Notes under the pieces: generated by a model
What the model saw: only the letters and a program-made list of their open reading frames with translations
The model's database searches: none
Told to the model about the DNA's origin: nothing
Position numbers and translations under genes: made by a program
In this document: positions 44,610 through 54,818 of the stretch, one piece after another
How the letters are laid out: each line of letters starts with the position of its first letter
Position numbering within the stretch: position 1 is the stretch's first letter
IMG/VR virus record: IMGVR_UViG_3300028558_000001
Location: 112,661 to 176,660 of that record
Length of the DNA: 64,000 bases
Source: a virus
Strand: one strand, 5' to 3'

Positions 44610-45965
44610 TCACATAAGATGCTGCACCATAACTCTACGATAGTAGAGATTTGAGTCTTGTACTAGAGCGCCTGAACCAACGGTTAGACCCTGAGCGAAT
44701 GGGTTGGCTACCATGCCGTAACGAGTCTTGAAACCAATCTTTGGCTGATAGGTGTTTGGATCAACTGCACGGACCATCTGTAGTGGAACGTATGGGCAGT
44801 AGAATAGACCAGCATCATACTGATTGCCGCCCTTTAGACCTAGGGTTAGATAGTTGCCAGTTGTATATGGATCAATATAGACCTTAATACGACCGTTTAG
44901 AAGACCAGCAAAAGTATTACCAGTATCATCAACGCCTAGCTTGATAGCTAGTTCTGGAGTATAATCTAGTAGTTCGGCCATGTTTAGAGCAGAAGCCACG
45001 TCTGATGAACAGATCATGATGTTGCCCTTACCACGTCTGGTTGTCTTAGCGATCTGGTTAGCTTCACGCTCGATCTGATAGACTAGACCCTTGAACTTTT
45101 CAACTGACCAACGACCATTTGAGTCAACGTCTAGATCGAAGAAACCAGCAGTTGTGGTATCGGTCTGAGCGCCGGGAACGGCTGTGATGTTAATTGTACG
45201 AACTAGTTCGCGGTTAATTTCAGCTAGAAGTTCGCCCTGAATAATATTGGCTAGTTCTGTTTCAGCATCAAGACCGTGAATTGCCTTTAAGTCTTGTGCT
45301 AGTTCGATTGAATAAGAACCCTGTAGCCCGCGTGAACCGGCTGTTACAGTTGTCTTTTCAATGTCGAAAGCGACTTCTGGGAATACAGAGTTACCTGATC
45401 CTAGACCTTCGGCCTGTGCTGTTGAGATTGAACGACCATAGTTGTATAGTGCTGCACCAGAGTTGTTAGAAACTGATGGAGTAGTACCAACCTGACCACC
45501 ACCTAGAACGGAAGTATTTGCAGTACCAACGTTTGCACCAGCAAATGAAGTGAAAGCAGTATTAACTTCGTTATAGAAGTTTTCTGGACCAGTCTGTGAA
45601 GCATAGCGTGAACGCATTGCGAAGATGATACCAGTTGGGCCAGTCATTGGCTGGACGCCAGCAATATCATAAGCAATTAGGTTAGGCATTGCTCTACGAA
45701 CTAGAGAAATTAGAATTGGATCGAAGGTGTCGATAGCACCGGAACCGGCTGTTGATGAAGATGTACCCATTGAGTTGGTTGGTGCGCCTTCGAATAGTGT
45801 CTGGCGTGAACCAGCAGAAGAAGCGGAACCTAGCTCACGGACCATGTTCTCAAGAACAGTAGCCGTTACGAACTTGCGGTGATTATCCTTAATCTCGGGC
45901 ATTTCGTCGTGCTCTAGAATTGGATTCCACTTATTAAAAAGGTCTTCTTTTAGATACTGTTGCAT
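44610..45965 (-). CDS. gp23: Major capsid protein
   Basis: DPILISLVRRAMPNLIAYD..GVQPMTGPTG, AQDLKAIHGLDAE, YCPYVPL, KTRYG. Confidence 0.98.
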   Translation of the reverse strand: MQQYLKEDLFNKWNPILEHDEMPEIKDNHRKFVTATVLENMVRELGSASSAGSRQTLFEGAPTNSMGTSSSTAGSGAIDTFDPILISLVRRAMPNLIAYDIAGVQPMTGPTGIIFAMRSRYASQTGPENFYNEVNTAFTSFAGANVGTANTSVLGGGQVGTTPSVSNNSGAALYNYGRSISTAQAEGLGSGNSVFPEVAFDIEKTTVTAGSRGLQGSYSIELAQDLKAIHGLDAETELANIIQGELLAEINRELVRTINITAVPGAQTDTTTAGFFDLDVDSNGRWSVEKFKGLVYQIEREANQIAKTTRRGKGNIMICSSDVASALNMAELLDYTPELAIKLGVDDTGNTFAGLLNGRIKVYIDPYTTGNYLTLGLKGGNQYDAGLFYCPYVPLQMVRAVDPNTYQPKIGFKTRYGMVANPFAQGLTVGSGALVQDSNLYYRRVMVQHLM

Positions 45966-46000
45966 TTTTGTAAAAACTCCTAGTTGTAATTTCTTTTATA

Positions 46001-46007
46001 TATTTAT
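46001..46007 (-). promoter_or_regulatory. Late promoter of gp23
   Basis: ATAAATA about 36 nt upstream of start. Confidence 0.75.
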
Positions 46008-46025
46008 GGTTTTGTTATTTTTAAC

Positions 46026-47153
46026 TTATTTACTTCTCTTGATAGCTCTTGCTAACTGAGCAATTGTAGGATCAATGTACTTTGTTCCCTCAGTAATTGT
46101 CTGTTCCTCAACTGTATCAGATGTAAGTGCTGTATCGCTCTTAGTATTCTTGGAGAAATAATTCTCCTTAACTACTAATAGCTTTGCCTTATATGTATCA
46201 AGATCAGTAAATTCGATACCTTCGGCTAGGGTTCTGAACTTCTCAAGCTGAGTTAAAGTTAGACCTTCTTTAATGTCATCAAATACTTCATTCTTAGCAG
46301 CTTCTTCTAGAACCTTAGTTAGCTCAATATTTTCGTTAACAAGGTCATTATACTTAGCTTCTAGTTTTTCTTTTTCTGAAACTACAGAGGTAAGTACATC
46401 AATCTTGTCTTCTGGAATATCAATATAATGTTCTTCGAATAGACCTTTTAGACCATCAATAAATCCACTCATCATTTCATTACGTAAAGTAGATTCTACG
46501 GCAACTTGATTATCCTCAAGCCACTTCTCAGCAACGTAATCTAGATAATCATTTAGATTTTCTGTTAGTGCTGTTTCGATTTCTTCGACTGCTTCTGCTA
46601 GAGAAACTTCATAAGCTTCCTCTAGGCGAACTGTTTCTTCTGTAATTTTTAGAGAAACAGCAGCATCAAATAGGGTTGAAGCCTTTGACTTAAATTCTTC
46701 TGTGAATTCTGTACCAGCAAAGATTGTATCCATATCTTCCTTAACAGCGGCAGAAGGCTTAGCCTTAATTGAAGCTGCATTTGAAGAAGCATTAGCTGAA
46801 CCGGGAAGCTTCTCTGTCTCTTTACCAATCTGAGCAATCATTTCATTATAATGATTGATTACGTCTGTGGTTGATCTAGCAGCTAGATTATGCATAATAG
46901 CTTTCAAAGCATCTAGCTTTGACTTTGGATCGGAATTTGAAGAATCAGCGGACGCATGAGTCTTAAGGGTTTCAGCAGCAGTTGTTTCAGTTACTTCTGT
47001 CTTGTCTTCAAATGATTCAGTTAGTTCTTCTTTTGAAACTTCTTCCTTTGAACCATCTTCCCACTCTAGTACGATTGAGGACTCTTTAACTTCTACTACT
47101 GTGGCTTTCTTGCCTTCATCTTCAAGAATGTCGCCAATTTTAAAATTTAGCAT
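46026..47153 (-). CDS. gp22: Prohead core scaffolding protein
   Basis: EEFK.KA.T.F.AAV, YLDYV.E.W..DN..A, LF.EHYI..P, KENYF. Confidence 0.92.
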   Translation of the reverse strand: MLNFKIGDILEDEGKKATVVEVKESSIVLEWEDGSKEEVSKEELTESFEDKTEVTETTAAETLKTHASADSSNSDPKSKLDALKAIMHNLAARSTTDVINHYNEMIAQIGKETEKLPGSANASSNAASIKAKPSAAVKEDMDTIFAGTEFTEEFKSKASTLFDAAVSLKITEETVRLEEAYEVSLAEAVEEIETALTENLNDYLDYVAEKWLEDNQVAVESTLRNEMMSGFIDGLKGLFEEHYIDIPEDKIDVLTSVVSEKEKLEAKYNDLVNENIELTKVLEEAAKNEVFDDIKEGLTLTQLEKFRTLAEGIEFTDLDTYKAKLLVVKENYFSKNTKSDTALTSDTVEEQTITEGTKYIDPTIAQLARAIKRSK

Positions 47154-47230
47154 ATTTACCTACTCCAATATATTATGAGAAAATCTTTTAATTATTTATT
47201 GTTTTTATACGTTTATGTGCCTATCAGGTA

Positions 47231-48301
47231 TTACTGATAGAACCCATGAATAACACCAGCTTCAATAGTATTACCGGCACCAAAAGAAGGAACGTTTAGA
47301 GTAATAGCAGTATTGATAGCAGAAGCAGGAATTGGTGGCATAAACTTTACAATTACTGGATTGATACCTAATGTAACACCGGCAGGAATTGGAATAGCAT
47401 ATGAAAGAGTAGTTGCTGTTCCGGTAATTGTTGCAGTAATAACAGAAGCAGCAGTAGCACCGCCGCCTGTAATTTCAAAGCCAGCAATGTAATTAGTCTT
47501 ACCAGCCTGTGCTGCTAGGACTGGAGCAATAGCAGTTGCGGCAGCAGTAGCAGAGTTTGCAACTGGAGTTTGAACACCTGTATAAGGAAGGACACCTACG
47601 TTACCAAGAGTATTAGTACCGGCTGGTAGTGGAGAAGTAGGATCAAGACCTACAGTTACTAGTGATGTATCTGGAGCAGATGAAACGATTGATACGATGG
47701 TTGTAGAACCAGTACCAGTCATAGCAGTTGATAGTCTAACTCTAGCTTGTGGATAACCAGCTACAGGAACCTGCCATGAATGCTGGCCGGGGTTTCCTGA
47801 TAGGGTAAATGTAGCATCTGTTAGATATGAATCTGTTCTTGGAGCCTTAATCGTAACCCAATTAAATCCATCATATGCTTCGAATGTAACCGCACCGGCA
47901 GTTAAAGCAGATGTTGGAACTACTGTAAAGATAACAGTATCATAACCAGCAGTTGTGACTGTGACAGCGGTATTTAATGCTGTAGTATTAGCCCAAGATG
48001 TAGTAGTAGGAGCTTGGAATGCATCATAAATTGGTAATGGATTTCCTGCGGCAATCGCAGAACCACCTAGATCAAGGTTAACTGCACCAATTGTATTAGC
48101 GCCTGTTGGTAAACCAGCATTAATTGCAACGTTTGCAGTTGATGTAAATGCTACTGTATTATTAGAAAATGCAACGTTAACGGCTGATTGGTCGGAGGCA
48201 ATAACTACGCCAACGGAATTAACAGAAACTTGCTGACCGATTGGTGTAACCGGAACTGATATTGTATTATTACTTGCGTCTTTAACTGAAATATTTGACA
48301 T
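47231..48301 (-). CDS. Putative head fibre/decoration protein
   Basis: Ala/Thr/Val-rich with repeated LP.G.NT.G.V; own late promoter; within head operon. Confidence 0.55.
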   Translation of the reverse strand: MSNISVKDASNNTISVPVTPIGQQVSVNSVGVVIASDQSAVNVAFSNNTVAFTSTANVAINAGLPTGANTIGAVNLDLGGSAIAAGNPLPIYDAFQAPTTTSWANTTALNTAVTVTTAGYDTVIFTVVPTSALTAGAVTFEAYDGFNWVTIKAPRTDSYLTDATFTLSGNPGQHSWQVPVAGYPQARVRLSTAMTGTGSTTIVSIVSSAPDTSLVTVGLDPTSPLPAGTNTLGNVGVLPYTGVQTPVANSATAAATAIAPVLAAQAGKTNYIAGFEITGGGATAASVITATITGTATTLSYAIPIPAGVTLGINPVIVKFMPPIPASAINTAITLNVPSFGAGNTIEAGVIHGFYQ

Positions 48302-48337
48302 TTAAGAATCCTTTAAATTAATCTTTAATACTATTTA

Positions 48338-48496
48338 TTATAAACCAAATGGGAATAAAGCAACATATGAACTATGTGATGGAATAGTAAAACTAAACTG
48401 AACTCCAGTCTTATTATTAGTAATAGTAGCTTCTACCACTCCATGATGACCTACTACAGTAGTTAATGCCCATACGTTCAACCCATATGATAACAT
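48338..48496 (-). CDS. Small hypothetical protein
   Basis: Hand translation MLSYGLNVWAL... (52 aa), coupled to upstream stop. Confidence 0.45.
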   Translation of the reverse strand: MLSYGLNVWALTTVVGHHGVVEATITNNKTGVQFSFTIPSHSSYVALFPFGL

Positions 48497-48756
48497 TAGT
48501 ATAATGCCAAAATACTAGATGCAGTAGTTCCAGTAGCTAGAACGTAATTAGCACGTACAGGAAGGATAGTTCCTCCAAGAACATTCATGAAAGTAGTATT
48601 TGCAATTGGTGCTCCGTTCTGATAAACACCCCAAGAAATGGTAATATTTCCACCAGTACCAATATAAAGACCGCGAGTGACCTGTGGTAATACAGTTGAA
48701 TCTGATGGGGTTACAGTATTAGCTGCAATAATTGGACCGTCTAAGGCTCCTAACAT
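48496..48756 (-). CDS. Head-spike base protein, RcGTA Rcc01079-like
   Basis: A..VTPSD...L...TRGLYIG.GGN...G..LP.R...V.ATGTTA..I.AL. Confidence 0.75.
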   Translation of the reverse strand: MLGALDGPIIAANTVTPSDSTVLPQVTRGLYIGTGGNITISWGVYQNGAPIANTTFMNVLGGTILPVRANYVLATGTTASSILALY

Positions 48757-48798
48757 TTATAAAATCTCCTTAATATGTTAATTATAACTATTTATTCG

Positions 48799-49815
48799 TT
48801 AGAAATGTTCGATAATAAGACCATAACCAGCGCCCCCGGCACCACCGATACCGGCAGTTCCACCATTTTGAGCACAACCGCCGCCTCCACCGCCACCGCC
48901 ATAGTTAGTGCCAGTTCCACCATTTCCTGCGGTTGTTAATGATGAACCGCCACCACCAGAACCACCGGCAACTAAAATAGATGAACTTGGGAAAGATGAT
49001 AGACCAAGACCAACAGAACCAGTAACACCAGCAGAACCACCATTACCAGCATTTGAAGCAATCTGGTTAGTAACAGGTGATCCAGCGCCACCAGAAAATA
49101 CAGCATTACCAGTAGAAATACCGCCACCAGCACCGCCGCCACCAGCACCAGATGTTGAAATTGCACCGTTTCCCGGTCCTGCCGCTCCATTTAGACCTCC
49201 AGAGCCGCCCCCGCCGTAGTTTGTAGGTGAATTTGACGCGCCACCCCCATAACCACCAACTGCCACTGCATATGCAGAAAAACCACCAGATGATGAGCTT
49301 CCATTATTACCAGTTTGTGGCGGTCCACCGCCCCCGCCCCCGCCTGAGTTAGACGCAAGCTGTCCACCAGCACCGCCACCACCGCCACCGGCCATTGCAA
49401 TAGTACCTAAAGTTGTAGCACCACCAGCACCACCAGTTCCACCAGCTGTTGTTGAAGAAGTTGCTTTAGCTCCAGCAGTTCCGCCTGTTCCAATTGTAAC
49501 GGCCTGTGAAGAACCGATCTGCGCCGATGTGAATTGTCCTACAAAGTAGCCACCGCCGCCACCGCCGCCACCACCAGAACAAGCATTAGAAGCAGCCTGT
49601 AAAGGACCGCCACCACCACCGCCGCCAGCACCGACAAGATAAACATCAGCATATACTATACCATTAGTAGGAGTATATGTGCCTGACGAAGTAAAAACAA
49701 CTACGTTTGATTTTGGATTATTAACAAACATTCCATCAGCAAATAATGGAACATTAGAAATAGCTAATAATGAAACTGAAAGTACTAAAGTACGCAAAAT
49801 ATTTTTAAAATACAT
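48799..49815 (-). CDS. Glycine-rich fibre-like protein
   Basis: FTSSGTYTP...V..VGAGGGGGG...G.G..G...I.E pattern; poly-Gly runs. Confidence 0.75.
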   Translation of the reverse strand: MYFKNILRTLVLSVSLLAISNVPLFADGMFVNNPKSNVVVFTSSGTYTPTNGIVYADVYLVGAGGGGGGGPLQAASNACSGGGGGGGGGYFVGQFTSAQIGSSQAVTIGTGGTAGAKATSSTTAGGTGGAGGATTLGTIAMAGGGGGGAGGQLASNSGGGGGGGPPQTGNNGSSSSGGFSAYAVAVGGYGGGASNSPTNYGGGGSGGLNGAAGPGNGAISTSGAGGGGAGGGISTGNAVFSGGAGSPVTNQIASNAGNGGSAGVTGSVGLGLSSFPSSSILVAGGSGGGGSSLTTAGNGGTGTNYGGGGGGGGCAQNGGTAGIGGAGGAGYGLIIEHF

Positions 49816-50327
49816 TAGAATGACTCCAATACAGAAACCTTGGTAGTACCAGAAGTAGTAACTCCATAGATAGCAGCAGTTGTATTAAGTGTGAGTACCG
49901 CACCAAATGGAATTGGAACACCAGTCGTTGTAGTTACAGCACTGTTTCCAACATATACTGTATTGGCACTAAAGTTATATAGAGTAGCTGATACACGTCC
50001 TGTTCCGCTTGCACCAGTTCTGGCATTTGCAATTATTGTAGCGGAAGTTGTTACTGTAATCTGAGCGGTTGCTAGGGCGGCAGTTCCAACTGGATTTACC
50101 ATAGTTGAAATAGCAACGTTTCCAGAGAATGTTAGATTGGCTACTCCAATATCTACTGGCATTCTATTTGAAGCTGAAACAACAGCATTGTTTACTACTA
50201 ATGATACTTGAGCATTAGCAACACCAAAAGTATTAATAATTCCGCCTGTTGAATTGGCTACCACAATAACTTCTGTTACTGTGTTATTTGATACATAAGC
50301 ATTATTGGCCGTATTATATTGAGACAT
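49815..50327 (-). CDS. Hypothetical virion protein
   Basis: N...N.VYVG...VT...G...G motif; Asn/Thr-rich. Confidence 0.55.
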   Translation of the reverse strand: MSQYNTANNAYVSNNTVTEVIVVANSTGGIINTFGVANAQVSLVVNNAVVSASNRMPVDIGVANLTFSGNVAISTMVNPVGTAALATAQITVTTSATIIANARTGASGTGRVSATLYNFSANTVYVGNSAVTTTTGVPIPFGAVLTLNTTAAIYGVTTSGTTKVSVLESF

Positions 50328-50330
50328 TAA

Positions 50331-50582
50331 TTACCCCTGATTTTTATCTTTATTCGTTGAAATAATATCGTCTTTTTCTTTAGAGCCAACAGAAGACCCT
50401 AGCCAATAATCGACAACTGTGGAGAACTTTGCAGTAATAGCACCAGCTAAAAGCTTGGCAAAGTCAGCAATGTTTGGATCAATAGTTCCCTTTTGAATAA
50501 ACATGAGTGTAATTAGTGTTAATAGAATTAATAACACTATTACAGAAACTATAGTAGCAGCTATAGTTGAACCTTTACTCAT
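50331..50582 (-). CDS. Two-TM membrane protein (holin-like)
   Basis: Two hydrophobic helices; V.YW.GSS.GS..KD. Confidence 0.5.
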   Translation of the reverse strand: MSKGSTIAATIVSVIVLLILLTLITLMFIQKGTIDPNIADFAKLLAGAITAKFSTVVDYWLGSSVGSKEKDDIISTNKDKNQG

Positions 50583-50584
50583 GA

Positions 50585-51250
50585 TTACCCCTGTTTATTA
50601 ACCTCTAATAGATAATTCTCAAAAAGAGCTAGAGTTTGTTCTTCAAGCTGTCTCTTTGATAATTTCTTGATATAATATTTAGCCTTCATAGCTGCCTCTG
50701 GCATGTAAACGCCATGTTCTTCGTTATAGAACCACTCAACATTTTCCATGATACCAGCAACCCAACAATCAGGGCCGGAAGGATCAGAAACAATGTCGCC
50801 AGCAGTAACTAGACGGAAATCAGGCTGTACATAAACTGCTTCATTGGTAGTTTTTAGAGTACCCATTCCTCTTGAAGAAATGCCTAGTTTACCACCAGAC
50901 TCTTGAAGACCCTTTACAATTTCACCATTTGGAGTAGATGTGATAACAGCCTTGGAAATCCAGTTCTTACCTTCCTTAACAATCTCAACGAATCTATGTG
51001 AGACTTGTTTTAGATCGACAGTTGGGCCTTTCTCAGGGTGATTTAACTCACCCCAAGCGCAGTTGTTATCAACCTTTTCTTTAATGTAACGACGAACTTC
51101 ATTAGAAAGTACGTTCTCTGGATAAATTCTACCATTACGGTTCTTTACTTCTTCTTGTAGAGTAATACCTTTAATGTAATATTGCTTACCCTTTGAAGTA
51201 TTTTCTTCAATAAAGTCTACTTGATCGAATAGTTCCGTAATGATTTTCAT
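50585..51250 (-). CDS. gp21: Prohead protease
   Basis: NRNGR.YP, GELNHP, G.SSRG.G, D.V.DPS. Confidence 0.95.
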   Translation of the reverse strand: MKIITELFDQVDFIEENTSKGKQYYIKGITLQEEVKNRNGRIYPENVLSNEVRRYIKEKVDNNCAWGELNHPEKGPTVDLKQVSHRFVEIVKEGKNWISKAVITSTPNGEIVKGLQESGGKLGISSRGMGTLKTTNEAVYVQPDFRLVTAGDIVSDPSGPDCWVAGIMENVEWFYNEEHGVYMPEAAMKAKYYIKKLSKRQLEEQTLALFENYLLEVNKQG

Positions 51251-52540
51251 TTAAAATCCGCCTTTTAGTCCTTCGGTTAGTTCCGAAATTGATTTCTTCT
51301 TTGGTTTCTGAGTTACAACTGGTTCAATAACAGTTTCAGTAGAACCAGCTTCACCGGGAGTAACTGACTTGAAGTTATTAACTAATGAATCTGTACCAAC
51401 TTCTCTATCAGATGGATTAGGTGAAACCTTCTCTGCTACTGGTTCTAGAAGTAATGGCTTAGTATTGACAATATCTAGGAAAGCCTCAGATGCAGGAACC
51501 TTTGTCTTTGGCTTAGAGATAATACGCTTGGCATCATTACGCTTGTCAGTAGCTAGACCAATGCCGTTATCACGATTTTTTTCTTTACGACTGTCAAGTT
51601 CACCGCTGTCAAGTTCTTTAGTTGCTTTTCTTGAATAAGAGCGTAGGGTTTCGTCACCAATTTCTTCGATCTTTTCTTCTGCTACTTTGCTTCTGAATTT
51701 CTTAACAATATCAGATGCAGATAGTGAAGCTGCCTTGGGCTTTTCTTTTTCAACAGTTCTTGTATTGAGAGCCTTTTCGCCATCCCACTTCTTAAACTCT
51801 TTCTTTTCGCCTTTATTCATAATAGCTAGTTTAAGACGCTCAGATGAAATTTCTTCCTTAACTGATTTTTTAGATGCAGGAACTTTAATTGCTGGTCTTA
51901 TCTCATGACCATTGCGTGTAACAGCATCCCTCGCATGTGGATTTGGATTAGATTTGCGTTTAGCTACCCATTCGCCGGTTGTTCTATTATCTAATTTGCG
52001 TCTATCATCAGGATTTGCATTAATGCTAAAAGCATTATTGTCATGTTTATCAACAATATCCTTCTGCTCTTTTTTAGATTTTTTAATATAAGAACGTAAA
52101 ACCTTATGTGATAGTTCTTCTACCTGTTCAACTTCTTCTTTAGCAATTTTTTTTTCTGTAGGCTTGCCATAACGCTTTGATAGAATATATGATGCTAGAT
52201 CAGTCTTAGCTCTGTCATTGATCTTTTTATCAACTGGCTTTAGGCATTGTGCTTTATTAAGTTCTTCTGAAACTTCCTCAGTAGCAACCATCTTTACGTT
52301 CTTCTGTAGAGGATTCTTCTTATGCTTATTGCCATCCTCTACAGATGGTTCCTGACCAAAACGATTGGACTTGCGCTGGAAAGTCTTAATATTGGTTGCA
52401 TTGAAAACATCGTCGCCATTACCGTTACGGTCAGCAATCTTTTCAATCTTATTAGTGTCTGTAACTTCTCTTTCATCCTTTGCTTGTGGCTTAAAAGAGT
52501 CCTTGTTGACTGCTTCGATAATGTCTCTTAGATGTTTCAT
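51251..52540 (-). CDS. Charged prohead-internal protein with repeated E(L/I)S...L.SY..K units
   Basis: Between gp20 and gp21; EE-rich units resembling gp21 cleavage sites. Confidence 0.55.
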   Translation of the reverse strand: MKHLRDIIEAVNKDSFKPQAKDEREVTDTNKIEKIADRNGNGDDVFNATNIKTFQRKSNRFGQEPSVEDGNKHKKNPLQKNVKMVATEEVSEELNKAQCLKPVDKKINDRAKTDLASYILSKRYGKPTEKKIAKEEVEQVEELSHKVLRSYIKKSKKEQKDIVDKHDNNAFSINANPDDRRKLDNRTTGEWVAKRKSNPNPHARDAVTRNGHEIRPAIKVPASKKSVKEEISSERLKLAIMNKGEKKEFKKWDGEKALNTRTVEKEKPKAASLSASDIVKKFRSKVAEEKIEEIGDETLRSYSRKATKELDSGELDSRKEKNRDNGIGLATDKRNDAKRIISKPKTKVPASEAFLDIVNTKPLLLEPVAEKVSPNPSDREVGTDSLVNNFKSVTPGEAGSTETVIEPVVTQKPKKKSISELTEGLKGGF

Positions 52541-52549
52541 TTTAACCTC

Positions 52550-52903
52550 TTACTTAGTAATTCTTTTGAAGGTATTAACTTCTACTTCTTCATTAGACAT
52601 TGATTTATAGTCATCATTTTTCTTCTTTGGCTTCTTATCATCAGAAGAATATTCAGTTGTACCGTCTGCATTTAACTTTTTCTTTTTGCCAGCGGTATAC
52701 TTATCGTCACGAACACCTTCTTCACTAAGAATAGAGTGTGAAAGTACTTCTTTGTAATTTTCTACAATATCAGAAATCTTTGTTTCAATAAGAGTTTCGA
52801 AAACCTTACCAAACTCTAGAGCGTTTTCTTCAAGAGCAGAAACTAGTAATGGTTGAATATCTTCTTTAGCTAGTTTTTTTAATTCGTTAATTTCTTTTGA
52901 CAT
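52550..52903 (-). CDS. Prohead core protein (gp67-like position)
   Basis: Small charged ORF directly after portal, with a late promoter. Confidence 0.5.
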   Translation of the reverse strand: MSKEINELKKLAKEDIQPLLVSALEENALEFGKVFETLIETKISDIVENYKEVLSHSILSEEGVRDDKYTAGKKKKLNADGTTEYSSDDKKPKKKNDDYKSMSNEEVEVNTFKRITK

Positions 52904-52943
52904 AACTATTCCTTTTTCTAAATATAATTATTTTAACTATTTA

Positions 52944-54734
52944 TTATTTCTTGTCTCGCTTGATTTCAGCATGACTATCAGCTTTAGAATCAGTAGCTTT
53001 CTTAAACTTATGATTCTTGGCTAGAATTTGAGTTACCTTATGGAATTCCTCTTGATCAGATGGAGTTCTATTAGCTCTCTTCTTTAAAACATCATATCTA
53101 TTCTGTGCTTTTACGAACCTGTTAGCATCGTCTTCTTTACTTGATCCGACCTTATCTTCAACTGGAGGCGCCATTCCCTGCATATTAGGATCAACTGCAA
53201 TAGGTTGACCATCATCGCCCATGAATGTTGGTGGATTATATTGAGGCATAGTCTTTTCTAGTTCGATCTGTGCATTGATTTCTTCCTGTTCATCATCAGT
53301 CTGCTTAAGAATAGTCTTACGAACTTCTTCATGAGAATAGTATAGACCAATAAATGGCTGAATAGCAGATAGAGTATCTAGACGAGCAGCTAGAATTTCG
53401 AAATCTTTTAGTTCTGTAAAATGGTTATCCTTGGCAAAATCATACTTGATTTTACGTTCAATAGCTTCCCATTCCTCGATAGACATAATTTGTTTTAAAA
53501 CAACTTGCTTACCAAGAATACGAGTGAATAGCTGAGAGAACTTAGCTCTTAGTCTGGAAATAAACTTAGAAAACTTTACTTCGTCTCTAGAAATTTCAGT
53601 TGCACGACCAATTGAGAATAGAGCATCTGGATTTAGTCTTGTAACTGGAACGTTTAGGCATGAATATAGATACTTCTGGAAGTATACAACGTCATCCATC
53701 TGTGATAGATTTTGACCGCCAGCCAAGGTAGTAACTTCCGTACCTTTGGAATCTGCGCGGCGAGGTAGCCAATAGTCATCTAACATACTCATATACTTAC
53801 GAGTATCAGAAATGGCACCTGTATCTGAATCGTATACTAAACGATTCTTGTGCTTAGCCATAATATCGCGGATATATTGTTCCGCCTTTGGCCTTGGTAG
53901 ATTTCCTACGTCAATGTACCAAACACGTCTTTCTGGCGCTCTAGCAAGTCTGTAAACAATTAGAGAGTCTTCCATTGTTCTTAGCTGAGTGAGAGGACGA
54001 ATGGCCTTCTGTAGATATGATAGAATGAGTGTTCCATCAGTATTAGTTAGTCCAGATGTAACTTGAACGATAGCATCTGGTGAAATTTTTAGTCCAGTAG
54101 TGGCTTGCTGAGCGCCGGGAACTGAATTTCCCTTAACATTGAAACCCTTTTCGTTATAAATGTAATATTCATTCATAACCTTATCAATAACAGCATTATC
54201 GGCTGAGACGTTAATTTGTCCCTTAGCTGGCTTCTTTAGAACTTCTCTGATCTTACGAATCTTACGAGGATCAATATAACGGACTTCCTTTAGTCCATCT
54301 TCTGGCTTCTTTTCATCAATAATAGCATGATAATAAAGTCTACCATCAACATAATAGCGACGATAGATTTCATATGCTTGGTTATTGAAGTTAAGAAGAT
54401 CAAGAACTACATCGAAACTCTTTTCAATTTCTTTCTTAACTGCATCAGAATAAGGAATATCATCAAGAATTAGTTTAACAATATAGTCGTCATCTGTTGA
54501 AATAGAATCGTTAACGATTTCATCAATGGCGGAATCAACTTCTGGATGAAGCGCCATTTCTCTATATTTTGTGACTAATTCTGCTTCTGTACGGATAGTA
54601 CCATCAAGATCAACATATGTGCCATAGGAGCCACCGGCTACAACTAAAGCGCCGTCTTCATGTTCTTTTTGAACGAAAGAAACGGGTTGTTCTTCTTCTT
54701 GTCTTTTAAACTGCCATCCAAATAAACTTACCAA
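52944..54734 (-). CDS. gp20: Portal protein
   Basis: YR.MA.HPEVD.AI, YVDGR, IDPRKI, RAPERR..YIDVGNLP..KA.QY, WLPRR. Confidence 0.97.
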   Translation of the reverse strand: MVSLFGWQFKRQEEEQPVSFVQKEHEDGALVVAGGSYGTYVDLDGTIRTEAELVTKYREMALHPEVDSAIDEIVNDSISTDDDYIVKLILDDIPYSDAVKKEIEKSFDVVLDLLNFNNQAYEIYRRYYVDGRLYYHAIIDEKKPEDGLKEVRYIDPRKIRKIREVLKKPAKGQINVSADNAVIDKVMNEYYIYNEKGFNVKGNSVPGAQQATTGLKISPDAIVQVTSGLTNTDGTLILSYLQKAIRPLTQLRTMEDSLIVYRLARAPERRVWYIDVGNLPRPKAEQYIRDIMAKHKNRLVYDSDTGAISDTRKYMSMLDDYWLPRRADSKGTEVTTLAGGQNLSQMDDVVYFQKYLYSCLNVPVTRLNPDALFSIGRATEISRDEVKFSKFISRLRAKFSQLFTRILGKQVVLKQIMSIEEWEAIERKIKYDFAKDNHFTELKDFEILAARLDTLSAIQPFIGLYYSHEEVRKTILKQTDDEQEEINAQIELEKTMPQYNPPTFMGDDGQPIAVDPNMQGMAPPVEDKVGSSKEDDANRFVKAQNRYDVLKKRANRTPSDQEEFHKVTQILAKNHKFKKATDSKADSHAEIKRDKK

Positions 54735-54756
54735 ATCAAAAATCCTTTATGTAATA

Positions 54757-54787
54757 TAAAATGGTGGAAACCTAGGCTCCCACCATC
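54757..54787 (-). terminator. Intrinsic terminator after gp19
   Basis: ATGGTGG/CCACCAT hairpin plus T-run on minus strand. Confidence 0.55.
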
Positions 54788-54818
54788 TATTTATTTTAAA
54801 AAACTAAGTCAATAAAAC

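Noticed and set aside
48840-49630. GC-rich repetitive tract as a CRISPR array or DNA repeat
   Set aside because: Explained by poly-Gly codons; no constant repeat-spacer period.
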